This document shows, piece by piece, positions 1 through 10,239 of a DNA stretch of 64,000 bases (the first letter of the stretch is position 1; every line of letters begins with the position of its first letter). The notes beneath the pieces were generated by a model. That model saw nothing but the letters and a program-made list of their open reading frames with translations, was not told the DNA's origin and did not search any database. The position numbers were made by a program, and so were the translations under genes. The stretch is from Schmidtea nova (Eukaryota), in contig CM097882.1 in NCBI GenBank assembly GCA_044892505.1, positions 153,078,001 to 153,142,000 of the forward strand, written 5' to 3'.

Positions 1-913
1 GTTTTTTAGGATCAAAATTTTCTTTCACGTGAGCTGTTGTGACAGAACGATGCATGAGACTAACACGATGAATTGAAGATCGATTTATGTTAAATTCAGC
101 TACATCTCCTGCAGATGCTTGGACAGCTGCTGACAGATTTTGAACAGCCGAACGGATGCTGGTTTTAGTGCGATCAAGAGATGACAAAACTTCAGGCCTC
201 AACAAAGTTCGCATGCCTCTTTTACACTTCCGAGGGGTTTGATTTCCATTCCCATTTCCAAATATGGAATATGAAGTGTCTTCATCATTGGATTTAGTCT
301 CGCTTGAAGAAATAGCTGCCTTGAGCTGTGATGAATTACATTCTTCTTTCTGTTTTCTTTCAAATTGTAATCGTTTCTTTTGTTGTGCAGTAGCTTTCTT
401 TTCTTTCCGCGCTAGAGACGTATCCACACCAGCCATTGAACTAATTCGTCCTTTTTCTCTTTGAGCTAACAGAAACTGTCGATCTTCTTCAATTTTAATT
501 AATACCTGTGCGTCTTCATGAGCAATATCAAAGAAATCAGTGAAAGTCTGATTCAGCCCGTTTTCATTTGCAGTTTGTGTTGTAGATTGGCGTCCTTTGC
601 TTTACTTGAGATTTTCCCACCTCGTCATTTTCTTTTCAAGCTGTTTAACGGCTTGGTGACGTGGTCTCACTGGAATCCATGCTCTATTCGAAAACTCCTC
701 CACTTCAATTATTGTTTGTAACGCAGCATCATGTTTACTTTCAGCACAGGTCTGCAGTTTGTGCAGGTAGATACCCGTTACATCACCAATAGAAGGCAAT
801 TTAGCTCCAGCAAGAGTTTCCTTAATTGATCCAAGTAGATAAACATTTGCATTACTTCTCGTAATACAATTCATACTAAAGCAATAAGGAAATATAAATA
901 ATTCAATTAACAT
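1..913 (-). pseudogene. 5' part of disrupted hAT-type transposase
   Basis: Same as the N-terminal part of 4559-6797 (LAGAKLPS, FDIAHEDA, IEEDRQFLLAQR), with an in-frame stop at 602-604. Confidence 0.8.
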
Positions 914-963
914 GGTTTGATAATTAAAAATGAACTGTAAGCACTTATACCTACTCCGTATTA

Positions 964-1397
964 GAAAATAGATAGCTCTCAGTGTATTTAAATTTGCACA
1001 AAATTTATAAAAAATTAAAACAAAATAATAATAATAGGGTTCATTCCAAATTAAATTACTGCATTGTTCTATTTTCTGTCTTTTATCAATAACTTTTGAA
1101 AGACATAAGACAAATTCGTTCTATTTTTTAATTTAATCATAAGAACTTTATTTTATTAGTGAAATTAATTTGGTATTAAAATGTATGAAGTTGACTTGTT
1201 TAAATGCTGTATTATTTGGCGGTTTTAAAAAACACGCATCTTCACCTTCTGTACCATCGTTGACAGTAACCATGTCACACTTAATTTTTCTAAAATTTTT
1301 ATTAATTTCTGTTCTGTAAGGTATTTTAAATGCTGAAGAAAATATATAGCTTTGAGAGTATTTAAATTTGCACAATATTTATAAAAACTTAAAACAA
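964..1397. repeat. Two ~60-bp imperfect direct repeats (964-1023, 1338-1397) in the upstream/subterminal region of the hAT element; present in every copy
   Basis: GAAAATAGATAGCTCTCAGTGTATTTAAATTTGCACAAAATTTATAAAAAATTAAAACAA vs GAAAATATATAGCTTTGAGAGTATTTAAATTTGCACAATATTTATAAAAACTTAAAACAA. Confidence 0.85.
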
Positions 1398-1533
1398 CTT
1401 GCGCATACCCTGAATCAACAGTGATCAATTAAATATTTTCCCAAACTTAGTTTCTTATATGGGAGCACTTTCTAAAGGGTGAGGACAATGATTTTGTGAT
1501 TTTAAAATTTTTTGTCTTTTAAGGGACACCCTA

Positions 1534-1762
1534 CTGTACACGAGTTAAAAAGCATACAAGAAAGAGCTGAAAGAGTAACATTATGGAGCATAATGAGACT
1601 TGCAAGAAAAGCATTGAGAATTTCCAATTTCAAAATACTTTCTACGGGTTCTAAAAATTATTATGAACGTGTAAATTGTGAGGGTTTGATGATAAAAGCA
1701 TTTAATTAAAATAAACATACAAAATGCAATATCTACATGCATTTTGAGAGTTTTTAATTAAT
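1534..1762 (+). pseudogene. Penelope-like element GIY-YIG endonuclease C-terminal fragment (repeated at the end of every unit)
   Basis: Translates, with a stop and a frameshift, to TRVKKH..KSNIMEHNETC..NFKILSTGSKNYYERVNCEGLMIKAFN*NKH. This resembles the R..EH / H / F.IL / R..E.L.IK / N pattern of PLE GIY-YIG domains. In the last copy it leads directly into a PLE-type hammerhead. Confidence 0.6.
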
Positions 1763-3388
1763 GTAAATGTAAAAGCTATGAAATGCACCATTAGTTATTG
1801 TAGCAAAGAAAGACGGAAACGTTAGAATATGCATGGATTACAGAGGCTTAAATTCAATTATGAATGCTTGATAGGCAATATTTGTAAGACTATTTAGCAG
1901 ATTCAAAATAAAGCTCGTCAATCAACTTGGGACAGGCATACTATCAAGTCGGTGTAGCGCCAGAAATTCAAGAATTAACTCTTTAAGTACTAAAGAAGGG
2001 AAATTTTTAATTTCACCAGATTAGCATTTGTATTAGCAACGGCCCCAGCAACATTTCAAAGGCTAATGCATACATTACTAGATAGCATTATCTTTAAATG
2101 AGTTATTGTGTACTTAGACGATATTTTACTTTATTGGTAAACTAAAGCTGGACACGATAAAATGCTAGAAACAGTTCTCAATAGAATTCAAGATGCAGGT
2201 TTAAAGATCAGCTACGATTATATAAAAAAGAGTTAATTTTCTTGGACATGCTGTAAGCGCAAATGGAATCCAGATGAATGATAAAAGAATTGAAGAAATC
2301 CAAAATGCAAATATACCACAATGTGCCAAGCAGTTACGATCATTCTTGTGCATGACAAATTATTATAGAAGATTCATTAAAGATTTCGCAAAGATTGCAG
2401 CTCCGCTTTATCAGGCAAAAACGGGATGCGAGAAGAAAATTTCATATACAAAAGAATGCGAAGATGCTTCTCAAACTCTCAAGGACAAATTGTGTGAAGC
2501 TCCAATATTGGACTATCCGAGTAAAAACCGAAACTTTATGCTAGATACATATGCCAGTTTCTGGGCTATTGGAGCAGTTTTAAGATAGTAGAAAGAGAAT
2601 GGGTTAAGGTTACTGTGTCACAAGAAAAGAACTACTTGCTAAACACAAAAATGTGAGTTATTTTTATCAATACATGTATGAGAAAGATTTGTAGTGCGAA
2701 TAGATCAAAGAGCGTTAATATTTATGAATACAATAAAGCAAGCAAATTTTCCTCAATTTCAAACCTGGATGGCAAATTTATCAGAATATTACTTTGAATT
2801 AAGATATCATAAGGGAGAAGATCATTCAAATGCCGATGGATTATCCAGGATAAAAAGAATAGTATATGCACAATGTCAAACGAGACACGAGAATGCTAAG
2901 GAATGTTATTCACAGAGTTAGACACATCTGCATAATCCAGAAAACAGAGACAATGAAACAAATAATAGAAGCGCAAGAAAAAGATGCCAAGTTTTACAAA
3001 ATGAAGGAATAACTCGATGAACTCAGTTTAAATATGACAATATTCGATCCAAAAGATTATCTTTACAAACTAAGGAATGACTTGAAAGTAGAGAACTTTC
3101 TGAAGATCAAAAATGAAGGACTGGATTTAGTACTCGTTAAAAAAATTAACGAAGAACTTTGTCACATTGGAGTAAAAAAATTAGTACATTACTTAAAAAA
3201 CTTTTTCAATGGCCAAGCATGCACATTACAATCAGAGAATGCCTACAAAAATGTGTGAAATAGGAAAAGCAGAAAATAAACTCAGAGCAGACTAAAGAGA
3301 TTCTAATAACGCGAACAAGTACAGAGTCTTATGGATCAAATAATTATCGAAATTGCTTATATGAAACCACTAGCAACGAAAGGGTATG
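1763..3388 (+). pseudogene. Ty3/Gypsy LTR-retrotransposon pol fragment (RT-RNase H-integrase N-terminus), heavily disrupted; no gag, protease or LTR
   Basis: *NAPLVIVAKKDGNVRICMDYRGLN, LATAPATFQRLM, VIVYLDDIL, QLRSFLCMTNYYRRFIKDFAKIAAPL, PILDYP..FMLDTYASFWAIGAVL, RIDQRAL, YHKGEDHSNADGLSR, EELCHIGVKKL, DQIIIEIAYMKP; many stops and frameshifts. Domain order RT-RH-IN indicates Gypsy. Confidence 0.92.
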
Positions 3389-3415
3389 AAGGTCGATTTA
3401 ACGGCCACCTCGAAA

Positions 3416-3555
3416 NNNNNNNNNNNNNNNNNNNNNNNNNNNNNNNNNNNNNNNNNNNNNNNNNNNNNNNNNNNNNNNNNNNNNNNNNNNNNNNNNNNNN
3501 NNNNNNNNNNNNNNNNNNNNNNNNNNNNNNNNNNNNNNNNNNNNNNNNNNNNNNN
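3416..3555. repeat. Masked (AT)n tract, inferred (AT)51
   Basis: The 140 N replace exactly CATGATGGCAATCAATCA(AT)nCAATCATATGATTTTACAAA of the unmasked units (38 fixed bp). Confidence 0.85.
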
Positions 3556-3569
3556 CAAGTTTCTAAAGA

Positions 3570-3935
3570 TCAAATATTTAATCCTTTTTTCCTCATAGAT
3601 ATGTAAAGTTTTAAATATCTCTTGAATATTGGAACTGAAGTACAACCTATTTTAAATAAACTATTAAATAAAAATGGCAATTTATTCAAATAAATAAAAT
3701 TATATATAAAATTAGAATAGCTTCTGGCAATGTATACAAATCAGTAACTTTTTTTCCTATAAATTTCGGTTTCAAAATGTTTATCTTTCTTTTCAATCAA
3801 ACAATCAAGAAATGATAATTTAGAATTAATTTCTTCTTCAAAAATAAATTTAATATTTTTATGCTAATTAGTATTATAAAAGAAATATGATAAGGGATTG
3901 GTTTATCGTTCATGGACATTGCCGTCAACTTATTG
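3570..3935 (-). pseudogene. Penelope-like element reverse transcriptase C-terminal (thumb) fragment; present in all 8 complete units (offsets +5836, +11708, +17555, +23419, +29251, +35127, +41021)
   Basis: The minus strand 3869-3750 reads N*HKNIKFIFEEEINSKLSFLDCLIEKKDKHFETEIYRKK, then after a frameshift TDLYT. This matches the PLE RT motif H.NIKFT.E.E..L.FLD..I...F.T..YRK..TGLY. Upstream Q*VDG/MSM resembles QxDGxxMG. Not shown in the ORF track. Confidence 0.7.
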
Positions 3936-4231
3936 TAAATGTATAACTATTATTGATAAATTACTTAATATACTACAGAATAACGCATGGTGAGTGAAAC
4001 TGTTGATTAGTGTAATAATAAATTGAATGTGATTGATGACAAAATGTCTCCTGGTGTTCATCGTTTAATTTCCTTGATATTATATCTTTGATTGAAACAG
4101 TTGATGTTGTTATAGGAATGAATGATGGTGTTGATGGTAATAATAATGAAATAAATAAAATTTATTTGAAGGATAGCATTGGTTTTGTTATAGTTTTACC
4201 TTTTTCTGAGGATTTTGTAAATTTTAGAAAT

Positions 4232-4302
4232 TCTATTATAAAAAATATTGGATTCATCTCTGTACAGTGTCAAGAGATGAATACAATATTTTTTATAATA
4301 GA
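4232..4302. repeat. 71-bp inverted repeat (30-bp arms, 1 mismatch, 11-nt loop); copies at 10068, 15940, 21787, 27651, 33483, 39359, 45253
   Basis: TCTATTATAAAAAATATTGGATTCATCTCT-gtacagtgtca-AGAGATGAATACAATATTTTTTATAATAGA. Confidence 0.92.
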
Positions 4303-4403
4303 TTATTTTTCAAGTTTCGACTATCTACTCTCTCACCCTTTCAGTGTAGTCCCTCTATGAAAATAAAACTGTATGCAAAATATTTGCCACAAAAAACGAT
4401 TTT

Positions 4404-7400
4404 AAGGGTATGCACAAACGAATTGAAAATTTCAATATGTTAAATGCGGTCTGAGCAGCCAATAATCTAACAAAAAACTGAACTGTTCCTTTTACATTTT
4501 TTATTTTGCTTTATATTTTCGACTGAATAGCAACGAACATAGGAAAAACATCGTGTTATTATAATTTGGGCATATTTTGCAAAATAGTGTTCTTGCTGCA
4601 CTTGGGAAACTTCTTGCGATGCTCACGTACGACCTGTAATGCAAACTGAGTCTGTTCATCGTCCTTTGTCAGCAAGCCGCTGAATTCTTGAATCATAGCA
4701 ATTCCTCTCTCTGCTGTGTCATTTGTGACTCTTAATTGTCGCACAATTTCTTCGCCATATAAATAATCTTCTCTTATGATCCATGTGATTGGATCAGCTT
4801 CCATGAATGCCTCAGATAATGATAGCAATTCAAAGAATTGCTGGTGACAAAATTGTGCAACTGTAGTTCAAGGATGTATTCTTTCTTAACCGTGATTCGT
4901 TTCTTGGGATTAGGTTTAGCTTTCTTTTGCAGTTCATTCAGCATGCTCTTCTTTTTTTCGACACACACTTCTCGATCAAATAACGCAAGAGCCACTAAAT
5001 CTTCACTCAAGTACCAAAGATGTCCGAGAATTTATTGAGAGTACATTTTGATGCTACGGAATTGAGAATAGCCAGCTTCTTAAGCAGTTGTAAGTCGTTA
5101 GAGGGAGCCATTGAAGGAACTAAACACAGCAACCACGATTTGACATACGCTTGCACCCCAAATAAGCACACTTCGGCCAATCCTTTCCTTTCGCATTCCG
5201 TAAGCTTGAAATTTGTGTCTCGGAACAGGAATATATTGTAGGAATACAACAGCTTCGCCATAAACCGTGCGCGATGCAAAGCTCCAGGTTTGAGAAAATG
5301 AACTCCACGTGGTGGAACGCCACCCAGGAAGATGATCACTAATTCAAGGAGTTCCATGCAGTCATAACGTGGCTGCACGTTTTGTAGTTGATTGGTGCCG
5401 AATTGAATCATCTCAGCTATGTCTTCTTGCAGCGCTATATGAACGCTTTGATCAGCAATGCCGTACTTGTAGGAGTTAACTTCGATGTTGGGCCAGAATG
5501 ATTGAAATCGCTTAAAGAGAGGGATGTTGGGACCACTTGATGGACCCATTGATTGAAGGAATATCTCTTCAAGCATTATCTCATGAATATGATGCCGACA
5601 TGCGAGGTGAAGGATGCTTTAAAACAGAACACAAGCTTCACTTTTCAGTCCAGTATTGCTCGCAGTCGTATAAAAACTTAGACCTTTGATGCGTTCTTGT
5701 AGACCCCATGAAGTCACTGATTCTACTAGAGCATTGGCAATTTCTTTACCTGTACCATTTGAAAGTTTGGGAATAGCAAGGAGCTGCTCACTTCCTGAGC
5801 CTGAAACGATTATGGCAAGTCGGTCCACATTCCGCTCTCCTGTCACATCTTTCAATATTTTGCCATCGAAATGAAGAATCAGTGGTTTTTTAGGATCAAA
5901 ATTTTCTTTCACGTGAGCTGTTGTGACAGAACGATGCATGAGACTAACACGATGAATTGAAGATCGATTTATGTTAAATTCAGCTACATCTCCTGCAGAT
6001 GCTTGGACAGCTGCTGACAGATTTTGAACAGCCGAACGGATGCTGGTTTTAGTGCGATCAAGAGATGACAAAACTTCAGGCCTCAACAAAGTTCGCATGC
6101 CTCTTTTACACTTCCGAGGGGTTTGATTTCCATTCCCATTTCCAAATATGGAATATGAAGTGTCTTCATCATTGGATTTAGTCTCGCTTGAAGAAATAGC
6201 TGCCTTGAGCTGTGATGAATTACATTCTTCTTTCTGTTTTCTTTCAAATTGTAATCGTTTCTTTTGTTGTGCAGTAGCTTTCTTTTCTTTCCGCGCTAGA
6301 GACGTATCCACACCAGCCATTGAACTAATTCGTCCTTTTTCTCTTTGAGCTAACAGAAACTGTCGATCTTCTTCAATTTTAATTAATACCTGTGCGTCTT
6401 CATGAGCAATATCAAAGAAATCAGTGAAAGTCTGATTCAGCCCGTTTTCATTTGCAGTTTGTGTTGTAGATTGGCGTCCTTTGCTTTACTTGAGATTTTC
6501 CCACCTCGTCATTTTCTTTTCAAGCTGTTTAACGGCTTGGTGACGTGGTCTCACTGGAATCCATGCTCTATTCGAAAACTCCTCCACTTCAATTATTGTT
6601 TGTAACGCAGCATCATGTTTACTTTCAGCACAGGTCTGCAGTTTGTGCAGGTAGATACCCGTTACATCACCAATAGAAGGCAATTTAGCTCCAGCAAGAG
6701 TTTCCTTAATTGATCCAAGTAGATAAACATTTGCATTACTTCTCGTAATACAATTCATACTAAAGCAATAAGGAAATATAAATAATTCAATTAACATGGT
6801 TTGATAATTAAAAATGAACTGTAAGCACTTATACCTACTCCGTATTAGAAAATAGATAGCTCTCAGTGTATTTAAATTTGCACAAAATTTATAAAAAATT
6901 AAAACAAAATAATAATAATAGGGTTCATTCCAAATTAAATTACTGCATTGTTCTATTTTCTGTCTTTTATCAATAACTTTTGAAAGACATAAGACAAATT
7001 CGTTCTATTTTTTAATTTAATCATAAGAACTTTATTTTATTAGTGAAATTAATTTGGTATTAAAATGTATGAAGTTGACTTGTTTAAATGCTGTATTATT
7101 TGGCGGTTTTAAAAAACACGCATCTTCACCTTCTGTACCATCGTTGACAGTAACCATGTCACACTTAATTTTTCTAAAATTTTTATTAATTTCTGTTCTG
7201 TAAGGTATTTTAAATGCTGAAGAAAATATATAGCTTTGAGAGTATTTAAATTTGCACAATATTTATAAAAACTTAAAACAACTTGCGCATACCCTGAATC
7301 AACAGTGATCAATTAAATATTTTCCCAAACTTAGTTTCTTATATGGGAGCACTTTCTAAAGGGTGAGGACAATGATTTTGTGATTTTAAAATTTTTTGTC

Positions 7401-7417
7401 TTTTAAGGGACACCCTA
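4404..7417 (-). mobile_element. 3014-bp hAT-superfamily DNA transposon (hATm-like), both termini present, no TSD
   Basis: The termini read TAGGGTGTCC (minus strand from 7417) and AAGGGTATGC (plus strand from 4404) and enclose a single transposase relic. TAGGG termini and the protein motifs fit the hATm group as I recall it; the subgroup call is less certain than the superfamily. Confidence 0.78.
4559..6797 (-). pseudogene. Disrupted DDE transposase (hAT/hATm-like)
   Basis: Four ORF-track pieces join into one protein: LILHFDGK (first D), SFYTTASNTG (expected FDTT, so D>Y), LHLACRHHIHE (CxxH), GHLWYLSEDLVALALFD, LRVTNDTAERG (catalytic E). Lesions: in-frame TAA at 6486-6488 and 5619-5621, frameshifts near 5030 and 4830. 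Confidence 0.88.
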
Positions 7418-7646
7418 CTGTACACGAGTTAAAAAGCATACAAGAAAGAGCTGAAAGAGTAACATTATGGAGCATAATGAGACTTGCAAGAAAAGCATTG
7501 AGAATTTCCAATTTCAAAATACTTTCTACGGGTTCTAAAAATTATTATGAACGTGTAAATTGTGAGGGTTTGATGATAAAAGCATTTAATTAAAATAAAC
7601 ATACAAAATGCAATATCTACATGCATTTTGAGAGTTTTTAATTAAT

Positions 7647-9272
7647 GTAAATGTAAAAGCTATGAAATGCACCATTAGTTATTGTAGCAAAGAAAGACGG
7701 AAACGTTAGAATATGCATGGATTACAGAGGCTTAAATTCAATTATGAATGCTTGATAGGCAATATTTGTAAGACTATTTAGCAGATTCAAAATAAAGCTC
7801 GTCAATCAACTTGGGACAGGCATACTATCAAGTCGGTGTAGCGCCAGAAATTCAAGAATTAACTCTTTAAGTACTAAAGAAGGGAAATTTTTAATTTCAC
7901 CAGATTAGCATTTGTATTAGCAACGGCCCCAGCAACATTTCAAAGGCTAATGCATACATTACTAGATAGCATTATCTTTAAATGAGTTATTGTGTACTTA
8001 GACGATATTTTACTTTATTGGTAAACTAAAGCTGGACACGATAAAATGCTAGAAACAGTTCTCAATAGAATTCAAGATGCAGGTTTAAAGATCAGCTACG
8101 ATTATATAAAAAAGAGTTAATTTTCTTGGACATGCTGTAAGCGCAAATGGAATCCAGATGAATGATAAAAGAATTGAAGAAATCCAAAATGCAAATATAC
8201 CACAATGTGCCAAGCAGTTACGATCATTCTTGTGCATGACAAATTATTATAGAAGATTCATTAAAGATTTCGCAAAGATTGCAGCTCCGCTTTATCAGGC
8301 AAAAACGGGATGCGAGAAGAAAATTTCATATACAAAAGAATGCGAAGATGCTTCTCAAACTCTCAAGGACAAATTGTGTGAAGCTCCAATATTGGACTAT
8401 CCGAGTAAAAACCGAAACTTTATGCTAGATACATATGCCAGTTTCTGGGCTATTGGAGCAGTTTTAAGATAGTAGAAAGAGAATGGGTTAAGGTTACTGT
8501 GTCACAAGAAAAGAACTACTTGCTAAACACAAAAATGTGAGTTATTTTTATCAATACATGTATGAGAAAGATTTGTAGTGCGAATAGATCAAAGAGCGTT
8601 AATATTTATGAATACAATAAAGCAAGCAAATTTTCCTCAATTTCAAACCTGGATGGCAAATTTATCAGAATATTACTTTGAATTAAGATATCATAAGGGA
8701 GAAGATCATTCAAATGCCGATGGATTATCCAGGATAAAAAGAATAGTATATGCACAATGTCAAACGAGACACGAGAATGCTAAGGAATGTTATTCACAGA
8801 GTTAGACACATCTGCATAATCCAGAAAACAGAGACAATGAAACAAATAATAGAAGCGCAAGAAAAAGATGCCAAGTTTTACAAAATGAAGGAATAACTCG
8901 ATGAACTCAGTTTAAATATGACAATATTCGATCCAAAAGATTATCTTTACAAACTAAGGAATGACTTGAAAGTAGAGAACTTTCTGAAGATCAAAAATGA
9001 AGGACTGGATTTAGTACTCGTTAAAAAAATTAACGAAGAACTTTGTCACATTGGAGTAAAAAAATTAGTACATTACTTAAAAAACTTTTTCAATGGCCAA
9101 GCATGCACATTACAATCAGAGAATGCCTACAAAAATGTGTGAAATAGGAAAAGCAGAAAATAAACTCAGAGCAGACTAAAGAGATTCTAATAACGCGAAC
9201 AAGTACAGAGTCTTATGGATCAAATAATTATCGAAATTGCTTATATGAAACCACTAGCAACGAAAGGGTATG
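7647..9272 (+). pseudogene. Ty3/Gypsy pol fragment, copy 2
   Basis: Copy of 1763-3388 (identical ORF-track peptides). Confidence 0.9.
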
Positions 9273-9315
9273 AAGGTCGATTTAACGGCCACCTCGAAAC
9301 ATGATGGCAATCAAT

Positions 9316-9317
<2 letters not shown>

Positions 9318-9371
<54 letters not shown>
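9318..9371. repeat. (AT)27 microsatellite
   Basis: Counted directly. Confidence 0.95.
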
Positions 9372-9373
<2 letters not shown>

Positions 9374-10239
9374 ATCATATGATTTTACAAACAAGTTTCT
9401 AAAGATCAAATATTTAATCCTTTTTTCCTCATAGATATGTAAAGTTTTAAATATCTCTTGAATATTGGAACTGAAGTACAACCTATTTTAAATAAACTAT
9501 TAAATAAAAATGGCAATTTATTCAAATAAATAAAATTATATATAAAATTAGAATAGCTTCTGGCAATGTATACAAATCAGTAACTTTTTTTCCTATAAAT
9601 TTCGGTTTCAAAATGTTTATCTTTCTTTTCAATCAAACAATCAAGAAATGATAATTTAGAATTAATTTCTTCTTCAAAAATAAATTTAATATTTTTATGC
9701 TAATTAGTATTATAAAAGAAATATGATAAGGGATTGGTTTATCGTTCATGGACATTGCCGTCAACTTATTGTAAATGTATAACTATTATTGATAAATTAC
9801 TTAATATACTACAGAATAACGCATGGTGAGTGAAACTGTTGATTAGTGTAATAATAAATTGAATGTGATTGATGACAAAATGTCTCCTGGTGTTCATCGT
9901 TTAATTTCCTTGATATTATATCTTTGATTGAAACAGTTGATGTTGTTATAGGAATGAATGATGGTGTTGATGGTAATAATAATGAAATAAATAAAATTTA
10001 TTTGAAGGATAGCATTGGTTTTGTTATAGTTTTACCTTTTTCTGAGGATTTTGTAAATTTTAGAAATTCTATTATAAAAAATATTGGATTCATCTCTGTA
10101 CAGTGTCAAGAGATGAATACAATATTTTTTATAATAGATTATTTTTCAAGTTTCGACTATCTACTCTCTCACCCTTTCAGTGTAGTCCCTCTATGAAAAT
10201 AAAACTGTATGCAAAATATTTGCCACAAAAAACGATTTT

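Larger units (their letters stand above)
1..1533 (-). mobile_element. hAT-type (hATm-like) DNA transposon, copy truncated by the window edge
   Basis: Identical to 5885-7417 of the next copy; terminus GGGACACCCTA ends at 1533. Confidence 0.8.

Noticed and set aside
264-721. Plus-strand ORFs (MEYEV.., MSNIK..) and similar short ORFs such as 4838-5038, 5020-5241, 5686-5874 in every unit
   Set aside because: They are antisense shadows of the transposase relic with no independent motifs.
1763-3388. Array as tandem LTR-retrotransposon insertions
   Set aside because: No LTR, PBS, PPT or gag in the unit; pol is truncated at both ends.
3381-3420. Hammerhead-like string GUAUGA-AGGU..ACCU-CGAAAC at the Gypsy break point
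   Set aside because: It lacks C3/U4/G5, and no stem I or U16.1 pairing can be drawn.
3331-3645. ORFs containing X runs, and the IYIYIY ORF at 20965-21153
   Set aside because: Artefacts of translating through N masks or the (AT)n tract.
4088-4360. 90-aa plus-strand ORF MIETVDVV..
   Set aside because: Alternative start, low-complexity AT-driven composition, runs through the hairpin, no recognisable motif.
4559-6797. Active transposase driving the amplification, for example by readthrough or frameshifting
   Set aside because: Two stops, two frameshifts, an apparent deletion before CRHH and a catalytic D>Y change are shared by all copies.
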